Shown here: in pieces, positions 54,291 to 64,000 of the stretch
Layout of the letters: every line of letters begins with the position of its first letter
How positions within the stretch are numbered: the first letter of the stretch is position 1
Assembly: GCA_963422645.2 (NCBI GenBank)
Contig: CAXXVO010000006.1
Span: forward strand, 232,390-296,389
DNA length: 64,000 nucleotides
Source: Alphaproteobacteria bacterium
GTDB lineage: Bacteria > Pseudomonadota > Alphaproteobacteria > UBA828
Reading direction: 5' to 3'
Made by a program: the position numbers and the translations under genes
Notes under the pieces: generated by a model
The model's input: only the letters and a program-made list of their open reading frames with translations
Database searches by the model: none
Told to the model about the DNA's origin: nothing

Positions 54291-55016
54291 TCAGCCGAGC
54301 GGCCTCTCGGGCAATATCTGGCCGCCGTCGAGCACGATGTCGTGGCCGGTGACGAAGCGGGCCTGATCGGACGCGAGATAGAGGAGCGCGTAGGCCACGT
54401 CCTCCGGGTCGCCCAGGTGGCCTGTGGGGATCACCCGGCTGAATTCTTTCACCGCCTCGTCGCCGCGGGCCTGGGCGATGCCCTCGGTCAGGATCGAGCC
54501 GGGGGAGACCGTGTTGGCGGTAATGCCAAAGGGCGCGAGCTCCAGCGCGGCGCCGCGGACGAAGGCGTTCACGCCGCCCTTGGACGCCATGTAGCAGCTC
54601 ACGTCCGGCAGGCCTACGCGGGGGCCGGTGATCGAGGAGACGACGAGAAGGCGGCCTGCGCGCTGGCTCTTCATCTGCGGCAGGCACGCCTGGACCGCGA
54701 AGAACACGCCCTTGAGGTTGGTGTCCATCACGTCGTCCCACATCGCCTCGCTCATGTCGGCGATCAGCGCGTTTGGGTAGATGCCGGCGTTGAGGCAGAG
54801 GATGTCGATGCGGCCGTAGCGCTCGATGCAGACCTGGGCCATGCGCTCCATGTCCGCCTTCCTGCGCACGTCGGCCTGGAGGAAGGACGCGTCGAGGCCC
54901 TCAGCCAGGATGCCGTCGGTGGCGGCCTGGCCCGCCTCAGGGCTGCGATTCACCACGAGGACGCGCGCGCCCTCGCGAGCGAAGACCTCGGCCACCGCCT
55001 TGCCGATGCCGCGGCC
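54291..55016 (-). pseudogene. FabG-like SDR oxidoreductase missing its first residues
   Basis: Begins at GRGIG, in the middle of the TGxxxGxG motif; NAG and YMASK present; the 5' end abuts a phage portal fragment. Confidence 0.8.
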
Positions 55017-55839
55017 GGGCGACATCCTCTACTTCCGCGCCAACGCCAGGCCCGGCGCATCCCGCGGACGCTCCGACCTGCTCGCCGCCATCGACTGGCT
55101 CGACGGATACGAGCGACACCTCTTCGGAGAGATCGACCGCGCCCACTTCCTCCGCGCCTTCGTCTGGGACGTCACCATGACCGGCGCCAGTCAGGAAGAG
55201 GTCGAGGAGCGCGCCGCAAGGGCCACGGCGCCCACGCCCGGAACCGTCCGCGTCCACAACGAGAGCGAGACATGGCAGGCGCTCGCCCCGGACCTCGGCG
55301 GCCGCGACCTCGACGCAACATCCCGCCTCTTCCGCAACCACCTGCTCGGCGGCGCCGGCATGCCCGAGCACTGGTTCGGCGGCGGCGGCGACGTCAACCG
55401 CGCAACCGCCGCAGAGATGGGCGATCCCGCCTTCAAGACCCTCAAGATGCGCCAGAGGCTGTGGACCGAGATCCTGCGCCGGGCCGCAGACTACGCCATC
55501 GCCCGCAGGCTCGACCCCTCCGGCGCATCATGGCCCGATCCCGCAGACCCCGCCCTCGCCGTCTCCGTCGAATGGCCCGAGATGGTGGTCGCCGACGCCT
55601 CCCGACACGCCGCCGCGCTCGCCCAGACCGCAGGCGCCGCGGCGCTCGCCATCGAGCGCGGCCTGCTCTCGGACGCCACCGCGCTCCGCGTCATCGCCGC
55701 CGTCGCCGGGCGCCTCGGCGTCGAGATCGACGCCGACGCCGAACTCGAGGCGGCGCGCGAAGACGCCGCCGGACGGGCCGAAGAAGACGCCTTCCGCGAC
55801 CCCCCGCAGGACGAGGACGCCGACGACGGCGAGGCGTAG
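55015..55839 (+). pseudogene. Phage portal protein, C-terminal fragment
   Basis: RGRSDL...IDWLD, VRVHNE.E.W and G.PEHWFG..D.NRATA motifs; directly upstream of a head-morphogenesis gene. Confidence 0.7.
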
Positions 55840-55842
55840 CAC

Positions 55843-56781
55843 GTGGCTACCGACCGTCAGCGCGAGCGCAGGCTCAAGGGCGAGCGATCCCGCCGCGCCC
55901 GCGCCCTGCCCCGCATCCAGAAGGACACCGCCGCCGAGGTCGGCCGCATCCTCGGGCGCGCCGAGCGCGACATCCGGGCCACCCTCGCCGGCGCGCCCTC
56001 CGATTACCAGGCATGGGCGCTGCCATCCCTCCAGGCCTCCGTCCGGGACGCCCTCGACAGCCTCGGCGCAGACGCCGGGCAGGCCATGGCCGAGGGCGCA
56101 ACCCGCGCCTGGGACGCCGGCATCGATACCATGGACGCCCCCGTCGACGCCGCCATGCGCCTCGATGCCCCCGACTTCCGCATCGCCGCCGTCCTGCCCG
56201 AGGTCGACACCCGCCAGCTCCTCGCCATGCGATCCTTCCTCACCGCCAGGATGAAGGACGTCTCCACGACGCTTGCCGAGCGCGTCAATACCGAACTCGG
56301 CCTCGCCATGACCGGCTCGGTCCCCGTCGGCGAGACCACCGGCCGCGTCGCCGCCATCCTCAAGAGCGGCGGCAGGTCCCGCGCCCTGACAATCGTGCGG
56401 ACCGAGCTCGGCCGCGCATACTCCATGGCCGGACAGCAGCGCATGGAGCAGGCCGCCGGGATCCTGCCGGGGCTGAGGAAGCAGTGGCGACGCTCCGGAA
56501 AGCTCAGAAGCCGCATCGCCCACGACGCCGTCGACGGACAGACCAGGGAAGCCGCCAGGCCCTTCGACGTCGGCGGCGCTTCGCTCATGTACCCCCGCGA
56601 TCCCGCCGGACCCGCCGCCGAGACGATCAACTGCGGATGCCAGTCGCTGCCATGGATGGAAAGCTGGGAGGTCGGGAACCCCGGGCGAAAGCCGTTCTCC
56701 GACGAGGAGATCGCACGCGACCCGCGGCGCGCCGATCTCGAAGGGAAGGAGGCCGGCGCGGGGACAACGCCGGCATCGTAG
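55843..56781 (+). CDS. Phage head morphogenesis protein (SPP1 gp7 / Mu gpF family)
   Basis: RALTIVRTE, KQW, R..H...DGQ and YPRDP......INCGC motifs. Confidence 0.85.
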   Translation: MATDRQRERRLKGERSRRARALPRIQKDTAAEVGRILGRAERDIRATLAGAPSDYQAWALPSLQASVRDALDSLGADAGQAMAEGATRAWDAGIDTMDAPVDAAMRLDAPDFRIAAVLPEVDTRQLLAMRSFLTARMKDVSTTLAERVNTELGLAMTGSVPVGETTGRVAAILKSGGRSRALTIVRTELGRAYSMAGQQRMEQAAGILPGLRKQWRRSGKLRSRIAHDAVDGQTREAARPFDVGGASLMYPRDPAGPAAETINCGCQSLPWMESWEVGNPGRKPFSDEEIARDPRRADLEGKEAGAGTTPAS

Positions 56782-56924
56782 ACCGGGCGAGGCGAAGCCC
56801 CGCGCCGCACCGGGATTTGCCGGCGAATCCGCACCCCCGGAACCGCGCCGATTTACAGGCCTTTCAGCACCCCTGAAACGCCCCGAAAATCCCCGCTTCC
56901 AGCCAATTCACGGCCCTTTCCGGG

Positions 56925-57051
56925 CCGGATTCGCAAAGACTTTCGTCCGGCCCGCCAGACCCCGGAAACGCCGCCAACCCCTTGACCGTCCGCCATCTTC
57001 CGCCTTCTTCCCGGCATCTTCCGGATTCGCAATGACTTTCGTCCCCCTACA
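56925..57051. mobile_element. Putative right end of a transposable (Mu-like) prophage
   Basis: 24-bp direct repeats CCGGATTCGCAA(A/T)GACTTTCGTCC at 56925 and 57021; the second lies 7 bp from a terminal ...CCCTACA. Confidence 0.6.
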
Positions 57052-57119
57052 CCGCTGGCTGCGGGAAGGATAGCGAGAGCGATACCCCTTTCGTCTCCCT
57101 TTCCTCGCGCCCTTCAGTT

Positions 57120-58418
57120 TCAGAGGCGGATCGCGTTCGGCAGGAAGGTCACGACCTCAGGCACGAAGGTGATGAGCAGCGCGAGGCCCACCATGATCAG
57201 GAAGAAGGGCAGCGTCGCGCGGGCGATGCGGCCGATCCGCTCGCCCGTCATCCCCTGAATCACGAAGAGGTTGAAGCCCACGGGCGGCGTGATCTGGGCC
57301 ATCTCCACCACGATCACCAGGAACACCCCGAACCAGATCTTGTCGAAGCCCGCCGCCGTCACCAGCGGCAGCGTGATGGGCAGCGTCATGACAATGCTCG
57401 ACATGCCTTCGAGCACGCAGCCGAGAATCGCGTAGAAGACCAGCAGCAGCACGATCAGCGCGATCGGCGAGAGTTCCAGGGCCGCGATCTCGCCCGCGAT
57501 CATGCGAGGCACGCCGAGGAAGCCCAAGGCGATGGAGAGGAAGTAGGCGCCGGCCACGATCAGGCCGATCATGCTGATGGTCCGGACCGCGCCGAGGCTG
57601 GCCTTGCGGATCGTCTCCCAGGTAAGGGTCCGTTGCGCGGCGCTCACGATGAGCGCGCCCAGCACGCCCACCGCCGCAGCTTCGGAGGGGCTCGCGATGC
57701 CGCCGTACATCGAGCCCAGCACCGCGAGAATCAGGAACACCACGGGGCCCAGGTGCCGCAGGCCGAGCAGCTTGTCGGCGAGGCTCATGGTCTCCGTCTC
57801 GTCCGGCGCAAGCGAGGCCTTCCAGCTCGTGCGGATACCGAGCCAGGTCATGTAGAGCAGCGCAAGCAGGAGCCCCGGAATGATGCCCGCGAGGAAGAGC
57901 TTGAGGATCGACGTTTCCGAGAGCACGCCGTAGATGATGAGGATGATGCTCGGCGGGATGAGAAAACCCAAAGTGCCCGCACCGGCGAGCGAGCCCATCG
58001 CCAGATCGCGGTCATAGCCGCGGCGCAGGAGCTCCGTCAGCGTGATGCGCCCCACGGTCGCCGTGGTCGCGGCCGAGGAGCCCGAGATCGCCGCGAACAT
58101 GGTGCAGCCGAGCACGTTCACGTGCAGCAGGCGCCCCGGCAGCCGCGTCGTCCACGGCGCAAGCCCGGTGAAGAGCGAGGCCGACAGCCGCGAATGGAAC
58201 AGGATTTCGGCCATCAGGATGAAGAGCGGGAGCGCGATCAGCTCCGGCGTCGTGGTGGCGTTCCAGGTGATCTGCGCCAGCAGCTTGTCTGTCGGCAGGC
58301 TGCGGAAGATGGCGAGGCTGACCAGACCCGGCGCAAAGAGCGCGAGACCGACCCAGACCCCGAGACCGAGGACCAGGGCGAGCACGCCGAGCACGGCGCC
58401 TGCGGCTGCGACGGTCAC
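57120..58418 (-). CDS. TRAP transporter large permease (DctM)
   Basis: ALPLFIL, AAISGSS.AT, GTLGFLIPPS and ITPPVGFNLFV motifs. Confidence 0.92.
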   Translation of the reverse strand: MTVAAAGAVLGVLALVLGLGVWVGLALFAPGLVSLAIFRSLPTDKLLAQITWNATTTPELIALPLFILMAEILFHSRLSASLFTGLAPWTTRLPGRLLHVNVLGCTMFAAISGSSAATTATVGRITLTELLRRGYDRDLAMGSLAGAGTLGFLIPPSIILIIYGVLSETSILKLFLAGIIPGLLLALLYMTWLGIRTSWKASLAPDETETMSLADKLLGLRHLGPVVFLILAVLGSMYGGIASPSEAAAVGVLGALIVSAAQRTLTWETIRKASLGAVRTISMIGLIVAGAYFLSIALGFLGVPRMIAGEIAALELSPIALIVLLLVFYAILGCVLEGMSSIVMTLPITLPLVTAAGFDKIWFGVFLVIVVEMAQITPPVGFNLFVIQGMTGERIGRIARATLPFFLIMVGLALLITFVPEVVTFLPNAIRL

Positions 58419-58422
58419 GGCC

Positions 58423-59025
58423 TCATCCCGCGCTGAACTCGTCCTTCGCGTCCTCGTCCTCCGGCGACTCGCCGATCAGCAATCGCAGCACCCGGGCCAC
58501 GAGCTGCAGCGTGAGCAAGGCCGCACCGAAGGCCATCGCCGCCTGCGGGTAGACCAGCGGCGTCTCGTCGATGGTGGGGGACGTGCTGCCGCTCACCCAT
58601 GATCTCGCGGCGAAGGCGGTGAGCGCCCACGCGAGAAAGCCGGCGATCATCGTGCCAACCACCGTGGCGGCGGCGTCGAGCCAGTACGCGAGCCGGGGCG
58701 GAACGCTCTGCGAGAGCAGCATCACCCTCACGTACCCGCCCGTCCGCAGCGCGAACGCCGCGGCGAGGAAGATCGAGACGGCGAAGAAGTACGCCGCGTA
58801 CTCCCAGGCGAAGGAGAGGCTCACGTTGAGGGCGGTGCGGCAGAAGATCTCCGCGAGGATCAGCCCCGCGATCCCCAGTACCAACGCGGCGGCGACGTAG
58901 CCGCAGGCGCGCGACAACGTGTCTATTCCTGCGAGAACCTGTGCAAGAAGGGACAAGGCGCCGGCCTCCCCTCCCCGCTCCGGGCTATCCGGACCGGAAC
59001 CCGGTGCCGACGATCCGCCGAGCAC
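58423..59025 (-). CDS. TRAP transporter small permease (DctQ)
   Basis: Four TM helices; lies between dctP and dctM; start codon uncertain. Confidence 0.85.
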   Translation of the reverse strand: MLGGSSAPGSGPDSPERGGEAGALSLLAQVLAGIDTLSRACGYVAAALVLGIAGLILAEIFCRTALNVSLSFAWEYAAYFFAVSIFLAAAFALRTGGYVRVMLLSQSVPPRLAYWLDAAATVVGTMIAGFLAWALTAFAARSWVSGSTSPTIDETPLVYPQAAMAFGAALLTLQLVARVLRLLIGESPEDEDAKDEFSAG

Positions 59026-59040
59026 CGGAGCCGCGCCCTG

Positions 59041-60045
59041 CTAACGCCCGATTTCCTGGAGAAAGCCGTCGACGATGGCCTCGCCCGCGTCTCCCAGCTC
59101 GGCCAGCGCCTCGGCCAGCATCGGCTCGGTCGCAGCCTGCATGTCGGCCAGCATCGCCGCCGTCACCTCGCCCAATGCCACCCCGCGCTCGTTCAGGATC
59201 CTGGACTTGGCCGCGTCCTCCGCCTTGCTGACCTGCCAGAATACCGGCTCAAGCATCCGGGCCGCAGCCTCGATGGCGTCGCGCTGACCAGCGGTGAGGT
59301 CGTTCCACGCATCGAGGTTGACGGAGACCATGTTCGACGACCAGACGTGGCTCGTCGGGTACATATGCGTGAGGAACTCCCAGAACTTCCCGTCTACGCC
59401 CGAGCTTGCCGAGGTCGTGACCGCGTCGATGGTCCCGGCCGCGAGCGAGGGCACCACCTCGCCCCAGGGGAGCTGCACCGAGGTCATGCCGATGCGGTTG
59501 AACATCTCGGTCGTCGTGTCGTTATAGGTGCGGATCTTGATGCCGGCGAGGTCCGCGACCCCCCTCGCCTCCATCTTGGTGTAGACGTACTGGCGCGGCC
59601 ACGGCACGACGTAGAGCACCCGCTGGTTGTACTCCGCCGCCACCCCCTCGATGGCCGGGCGGAAGTGCTTGTGGAAGACCGCGAGCTGATCGAGGTCCTC
59701 GATGATGTAGGGCTGAGTCTCCAGCCCGAGGATCTTCCGCTCGCCCACCTGCTGATTGAGCAGCATTTCGCCGACGGGAACGAGGCCGTCGCCGACCGCG
59801 TTCAGCATCTCGGGCCCCTTGAAGCCGAGCGACCCGCCCGGATGGATGTTGATGGTGACCTCGCCGCCGGTAACCTGCCCCACCACCTTGGCGAAGGTCT
59901 TGGCGTTCTCGACGTGGAAGTTGCCGTCCGGCCAGGCGAGCGGCAGGTCCCATTCGGTCTCGGCGAGAGCGGTCGCGGTCAGAGAGACTGAGAGCAGCGT
60001 CGCGGAAGCAAGGGCGACGGCTGCGCGTTTCGCGGCATACGCCAT
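59041..60045 (-). CDS. TRAP transporter substrate-binding protein (DctP)
   Basis: Signal peptide, HPGGSLG, G.KIR and EV..SL..G.ID motifs. Confidence 0.9.
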   Translation of the reverse strand: MAYAAKRAAVALASATLLSVSLTATALAETEWDLPLAWPDGNFHVENAKTFAKVVGQVTGGEVTINIHPGGSLGFKGPEMLNAVGDGLVPVGEMLLNQQVGERKILGLETQPYIIEDLDQLAVFHKHFRPAIEGVAAEYNQRVLYVVPWPRQYVYTKMEARGVADLAGIKIRTYNDTTTEMFNRIGMTSVQLPWGEVVPSLAAGTIDAVTTSASSGVDGKFWEFLTHMYPTSHVWSSNMVSVNLDAWNDLTAGQRDAIEAAARMLEPVFWQVSKAEDAAKSRILNERGVALGEVTAAMLADMQAATEPMLAEALAELGDAGEAIVDGFLQEIGR

Positions 60046-60203
60046 GGTTCGATACCTCTTCGTCGGTTCCGGTTCCCTGTCAGTCTGGAGAAGCGGGCGC
60101 TGAACACGCGTCGAAACGCGAGCGCGCCTCCTCGAATCTATCAACGGCCCGGCAACGCCGCCAGCAACGCCCGCGACAGCCGCGACAGCCACCACAGCCG
60201 CCC

Positions 60204-61610
60204 TCACACCAGCAGCATCGCCGCGAGGCCGAGGAAGGCGAGGAAGCCGACCACGTCCGTGACGGTGGTGAGCACAACCCCTGCCGCCGTCGCCGGGTCG
60301 ATCCGGAGCCGCCACAGCGCCACCGGAATCACCAGGCCGAAGAGGCCGGCGACCAGCATGTTGATGATCATCGCGGCGGCGATCACGATGCCGAGCGCGA
60401 TATTGTCGTACCAGGCCGCGGCCGCAACGCCGATGAGCAGGGCGAAGACCACGCCGTTGAAGGCGCCGACCAGAGCCTCCTTCCACAGCACCCTGAGAAA
60501 GTTGGCAGTCGTGAGGTCCTTGGTGGCGATGGCGCGCACTGCCACGGTCATGGTCTGGGTGCCGGCGTTGCCGCCCATGGAGGCGACGATGGGCATGAGC
60601 ACCGCGAGCGCCACCATCTGATCGATGGTCCCGTCGAACTGGTAGATCACGAGCGACGCCAGAATCGCGGTGCCGAGGTTGACCAGCAGCCAGGTGAAGC
60701 GGCCGGTGGCCGTGCGCAGCGCGGCGCGATAGATGTCCGGCTCCTGCACGCCGCTGAGGCGCAGGATGTCCTCTTCCGCCTCCTCCTGGATGACGTCGAC
60801 CACGTCGTCCACGGTGATCACGCCGATCAGGCGCCCGGTCTTGCCGATCACCGGCGCAGACACGAGGTCGTACTGGTCGAAGACGTGGCCGACCTCCTCC
60901 TGATCGGTCTCGGCGGGGATCGCCCTGACATCCGTCGCCATGATGGTGCGCAAGCGCACCGGGCGGTGGGTGCGGAGCAGCCTGTGGAGTGGAATACGTC
61001 CGATGGGCCGGTAGTGCGGGTCGATGACGTAGATTTCGTAGAAGTCGTCCGGCATCTCGCCGCCGCTCTCGCGCATGTGGTCGATGGTCTGGCCCACGGT
61101 CCAGAATGCCGGCAGCGCGACCAGTTCGCGCTGCATCAGGCGGCCGGCGCTGTCCTCGGGGTACGTCAGGCTTTCCGCGACGCCGGCGCGTTCCTCGCTC
61201 GAGATCGCGTCGAGGATCTCCTTGCGTTGCGGGTCGTCGAGGTCCTCGAGCACGGCGACGGCGTCGTCGCTCTCCATGTCCGCGATCGCCTCGGCGGCCC
61301 GTTGCGCCCCGATCTCCCCGATCAGCTCCTCGCGGATGTCATCCTCGATATGGGGGAGCACGTCGCCGCTCAGAACGTCGTGGGCGATGGCGATGAGGCG
61401 GCGGCGCTCGCCGGCACGGAAGCGCTCGATCAGATCGGCGATGTCGGCCTCGTGCAAGGGCGCGACCAGGGCGCGCACCCGGTCGCCGTCGGACTCCGTC
61501 AGTGCCGCGTGCACGGCGCTGACGAGCTCGGTGGTGAGGCCGTAGAGCCCTTCCCGCCCGCCTTGCTGGGGCGCCGCGCCGGCCTCCGGCGGCGGGTCAG
61601 GATGCGCCAC
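60204..61610 (-). CDS. mgtE: Magnesium transporter MgtE
   Basis: YPEDSAGRLM, CBS pair, MGGNAGTQ and DPA......TT.TDV.G motifs. Confidence 0.93.
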   Translation of the reverse strand: MAHPDPPPEAGAAPQQGGREGLYGLTTELVSAVHAALTESDGDRVRALVAPLHEADIADLIERFRAGERRRLIAIAHDVLSGDVLPHIEDDIREELIGEIGAQRAAEAIADMESDDAVAVLEDLDDPQRKEILDAISSEERAGVAESLTYPEDSAGRLMQRELVALPAFWTVGQTIDHMRESGGEMPDDFYEIYVIDPHYRPIGRIPLHRLLRTHRPVRLRTIMATDVRAIPAETDQEEVGHVFDQYDLVSAPVIGKTGRLIGVITVDDVVDVIQEEAEEDILRLSGVQEPDIYRAALRTATGRFTWLLVNLGTAILASLVIYQFDGTIDQMVALAVLMPIVASMGGNAGTQTMTVAVRAIATKDLTTANFLRVLWKEALVGAFNGVVFALLIGVAAAAWYDNIALGIVIAAAMIINMLVAGLFGLVIPVALWRLRIDPATAAGVVLTTVTDVVGFLAFLGLAAMLLV

Positions 61611-61624
61611 CGCGTCTCCCCCGT

Positions 61625-63931
61625 TTAGCTTGCCGCGTCGGCGGCGATCGCGCTGTCGCTCTCTTCCGCCCGGCTCTGGGCTTCGACGGCGGCAACCGCG
61701 GTCATGTTGAGCACGCCGCGCGTGGTGGCGGAGCCGTGCAGCACGTAGGCCGGCGCGGCGAGCCCAAGCAGGATCGGGCCGACCGAGATGCCGTCGGCCA
61801 GCACCTTGAGCATGCCGTAGGCGATGTTGGCCGAGGTCAGGTCGGGCAGGATCAGCGTGTTGGCCTGGCCCTTGAGCCTGGCGTTGGGGAACATCTCCGC
61901 GCGGATCGTCTCGTCGAGCGCGGCATCCGCGTTCATCTCGCCCTCGGCCTCAAGCTCGGGCGCGTGCTGGTGCAGCAGGTGCATCGCCTCCCGCATCTTC
62001 ACCGACGATGCGAGGTCGTTGCTGCCGAAATTGGAGGCGGATAGCAGCGCGATCTTCGGCGTCATGCCGAAGCGCCGGACCTGTTCGGCAACCAGCATGG
62101 CGGACTGGCAGAGTTGCGACGGGCTCGGGTCCTCGGTGATGTCGGTGTCGGCGATGAAGAAGATGCCCTTGGTCAGGATCAGGACCCGCAGCGCAGCCGC
62201 CGTGGCGACGCCGGGTCGGAGCCCGATCACGCCGAGCACGTGAAGAAGCTCGGCGCGGAAGGGCGTCGCCGGCCCGGCCAGCAGCGCATCTGCATCGCCG
62301 CAGCGCACCATCATCGACGCGATTACCGTGGGCTGGTTGCGGAGCGTCGTGCGTGCCGCTGCAGGCGCCACCCCGCGCCGCCCCATCAGTTCGTGATAGA
62401 GCCGCCAATAAGCGTCGTACCTCTCGTAGTCCGCCGGATCGATGACATCGACGTTGGCGCCGGGCTCGAGCCGGAGCGAGAGCCGGTCGATCCGCTCCTC
62501 GATGCGCGACGGCCGCCCGATCAGGATCGGCCGCGCGATACCCTCGTCGATCGCCTGCTGGGCGGCGCGCAGCACGCGCTCGTTCTCGCCGGCGGCGTAG
62601 ACCACCCGTTTCGGGTCCTTCTTGGCCTGGTCGATCACCACCTTCATCAGATAGCCGGTGCGGAATACCAGGCCCGCGAGCTCTTGCCGGTAGGCCGCGA
62701 GGTCGGCGATCGGCCGGGCAGCGACACCGCTCGCCATCGCGGCCTCGGCCACGGCGGCCGGCACGGTCTCGATCAGACGGGGATCGAAGGGCTTGGGGAT
62801 GATGTAGTCGGGGCCGAATTTCTGCGACTGGTCGCCGTAGGCCGCGGCCACCACGTCGAAGGATTCGGCGGTCGCCAGATCGGCGATCGCGCGCACGCAG
62901 GCGAGCTTCATCGCCGTATTGATCTCGGTCGCGCCGCAATCGAGCGCGCCCCGGAAGATGAAGGGGAAGCAGAGCACGTTGTTGACCTGGTTCGGATAGT
63001 CGGAACGCCCGGTCGCGATGATCGCGTCGGGCCGCGCGGCGAGCGCGTCTTCCGGCATGATCTCCGGCGTCGGGTTCGCGAGCGCGAGGATGATGGGCTT
63101 CGAGCCCATGCTCCGCACCATCGCCTGGGTCATGGTGCCGGGACCTGAGAGTCCGAGAAAGATATCGGCGCCCGCAATCGCGTCGTCGAGCGTGCGCGCA
63201 TCGGTGTCCAGCGCGAAGCGCGCCTTCTGCTCGTTCAGGTCCGTTCTGCCCGTGTGCACCACGCCCTTGCGGTCGCACACCGCGATGTTGTCGCGCCCCA
63301 CGCCGAGCTCTTGCAGAAGGTCGAGGCAGGCGATCGCCGCGGCACCGGCGCCCGAGCACACCACCCTCACGGCCTCCGGCCCCTTGCCGACGATCCGGAG
63401 CGCGTTGAGCGCGGCGGCGGCGACGCAAATCGCGGTGCCGTGTTGATCGTCGTGGAACACCGGGATGTTGAGGCGCTCCCTGAGGCGGCGCTCGATCTCG
63501 AAGCACTCGGGCGCCTTGATGTCCTCCAGGTTGATCGCGCCGAAGGTCGGCTCCAGGCGGGCAACGGTCTCCACCAGCGCGTCGACGTCGCTTTCGTCGA
63601 CCTCGATATCGAAGACGTCGATGTTGGCGAACTTCTTGAAGAGGACCGCCTTGCCTTCCATCACCGGCTTGGAGGCGAGTGCGCCGATGGCACCGAGACC
63701 CAGCACCGCGCTGCCGTTGCTGATCACCGCGACCAGGTTGGCCCGCGCGGTGTAGTCCCAGACTCGCGCCGGGTCTTCGGCGATTTCCAGACAGGGCGCC
63801 GCCACGCCCGGGCTGTAGGCGAGAGCGAGATCGCGCTGGGTGCCCATGCGCTTGGTGGCGTGGATGCCCAGCTTGCCCGGCTTGGGTTCGCGGTGATAGT
63901 CAAGCGCCGCTTGGCGCAGGTCCTCCGCCAT
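61625..63931 (-). CDS. maeB: NADP-dependent malic enzyme with PTA-like domain
   Basis: [28 protein letters not shown] and [11 protein letters not shown] motifs; C-terminal phosphotransacetylase-like domain. Confidence 0.95.
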   Translation of the reverse strand: MAEDLRQAALDYHREPKPGKLGIHATKRMGTQRDLALAYSPGVAAPCLEIAEDPARVWDYTARANLVAVISNGSAVLGLGAIGALASKPVMEGKAVLFKKFANIDVFDIEVDESDVDALVETVARLEPTFGAINLEDIKAPECFEIERRLRERLNIPVFHDDQHGTAICVAAAALNALRIVGKGPEAVRVVCSGAGAAAIACLDLLQELGVGRDNIAVCDRKGVVHTGRTDLNEQKARFALDTDARTLDDAIAGADIFLGLSGPGTMTQAMVRSMGSKPIILALANPTPEIMPEDALAARPDAIIATGRSDYPNQVNNVLCFPFIFRGALDCGATEINTAMKLACVRAIADLATAESFDVVAAAYGDQSQKFGPDYIIPKPFDPRLIETVPAAVAEAAMASGVAARPIADLAAYRQELAGLVFRTGYLMKVVIDQAKKDPKRVVYAAGENERVLRAAQQAIDEGIARPILIGRPSRIEERIDRLSLRLEPGANVDVIDPADYERYDAYWRLYHELMGRRGVAPAAARTTLRNQPTVIASMMVRCGDADALLAGPATPFRAELLHVLGVIGLRPGVATAAALRVLILTKGIFFIADTDITEDPSPSQLCQSAMLVAEQVRRFGMTPKIALLSASNFGSNDLASSVKMREAMHLLHQHAPELEAEGEMNADAALDETIRAEMFPNARLKGQANTLILPDLTSANIAYGMLKVLADGISVGPILLGLAAPAYVLHGSATTRGVLNMTAVAAVEAQSRAEESDSAIAADAAS

Positions 63932-64000
63932 GGCGTGCCCCTCCCTGTTTCCGCAGCGCGACGCGGGCGGGACTTTGCTCGCAACGCCTGCGGATAGCAA

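Noticed and set aside
60150-60203. Short GC-rich tandem motifs (CGCGACAGC, GCAACGCC)
   Set aside because: Low-complexity intergenic sequence with no regular spacers or evident function.

Overview
GC-rich window, probably alphaproteobacterial (ribF-ileS-lspA-DUF3035-pgi-mutL, liv-type ABC, TRAP, mgtE, maeB), interrupted by a ~24 kb decayed mobile/defence island at about 25.8-49.7 kb. The island holds a nested stack of IS66, IS21 and IS1634 elements, a plasmid/ICE leading-region remnant (strawberry-notch helicase, RelE/HigA-type TA pair, DprA/SLOG-like gene, truncated ssb), an integrase with a PaeR7I/XhoI-type restriction-modification pair, a frameshifted relic of a type I-G csb2 gene, and a disabled type II-C CRISPR-Cas9 locus. 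That locus has a 5'-truncated cas9, a frameshifted cas1 and no visible tracrRNA. Its 14-repeat array was hit twice: a 173-bp IS1595-type MITE sits inside a repeat, and a 2.5-kb IS66 carrying its own DNA adenine methyltransferase sits inside a spacer, each with an 8-bp target duplication. Near 55-57 kb a portal fragment and head-morphogenesis gene end in a Mu-like/transposon-like terminus. Several abrupt gene-to-gene junctions point to deletion-driven erosion or misassembly. Family assignments come from motif recognition by eye; no database searches were run.
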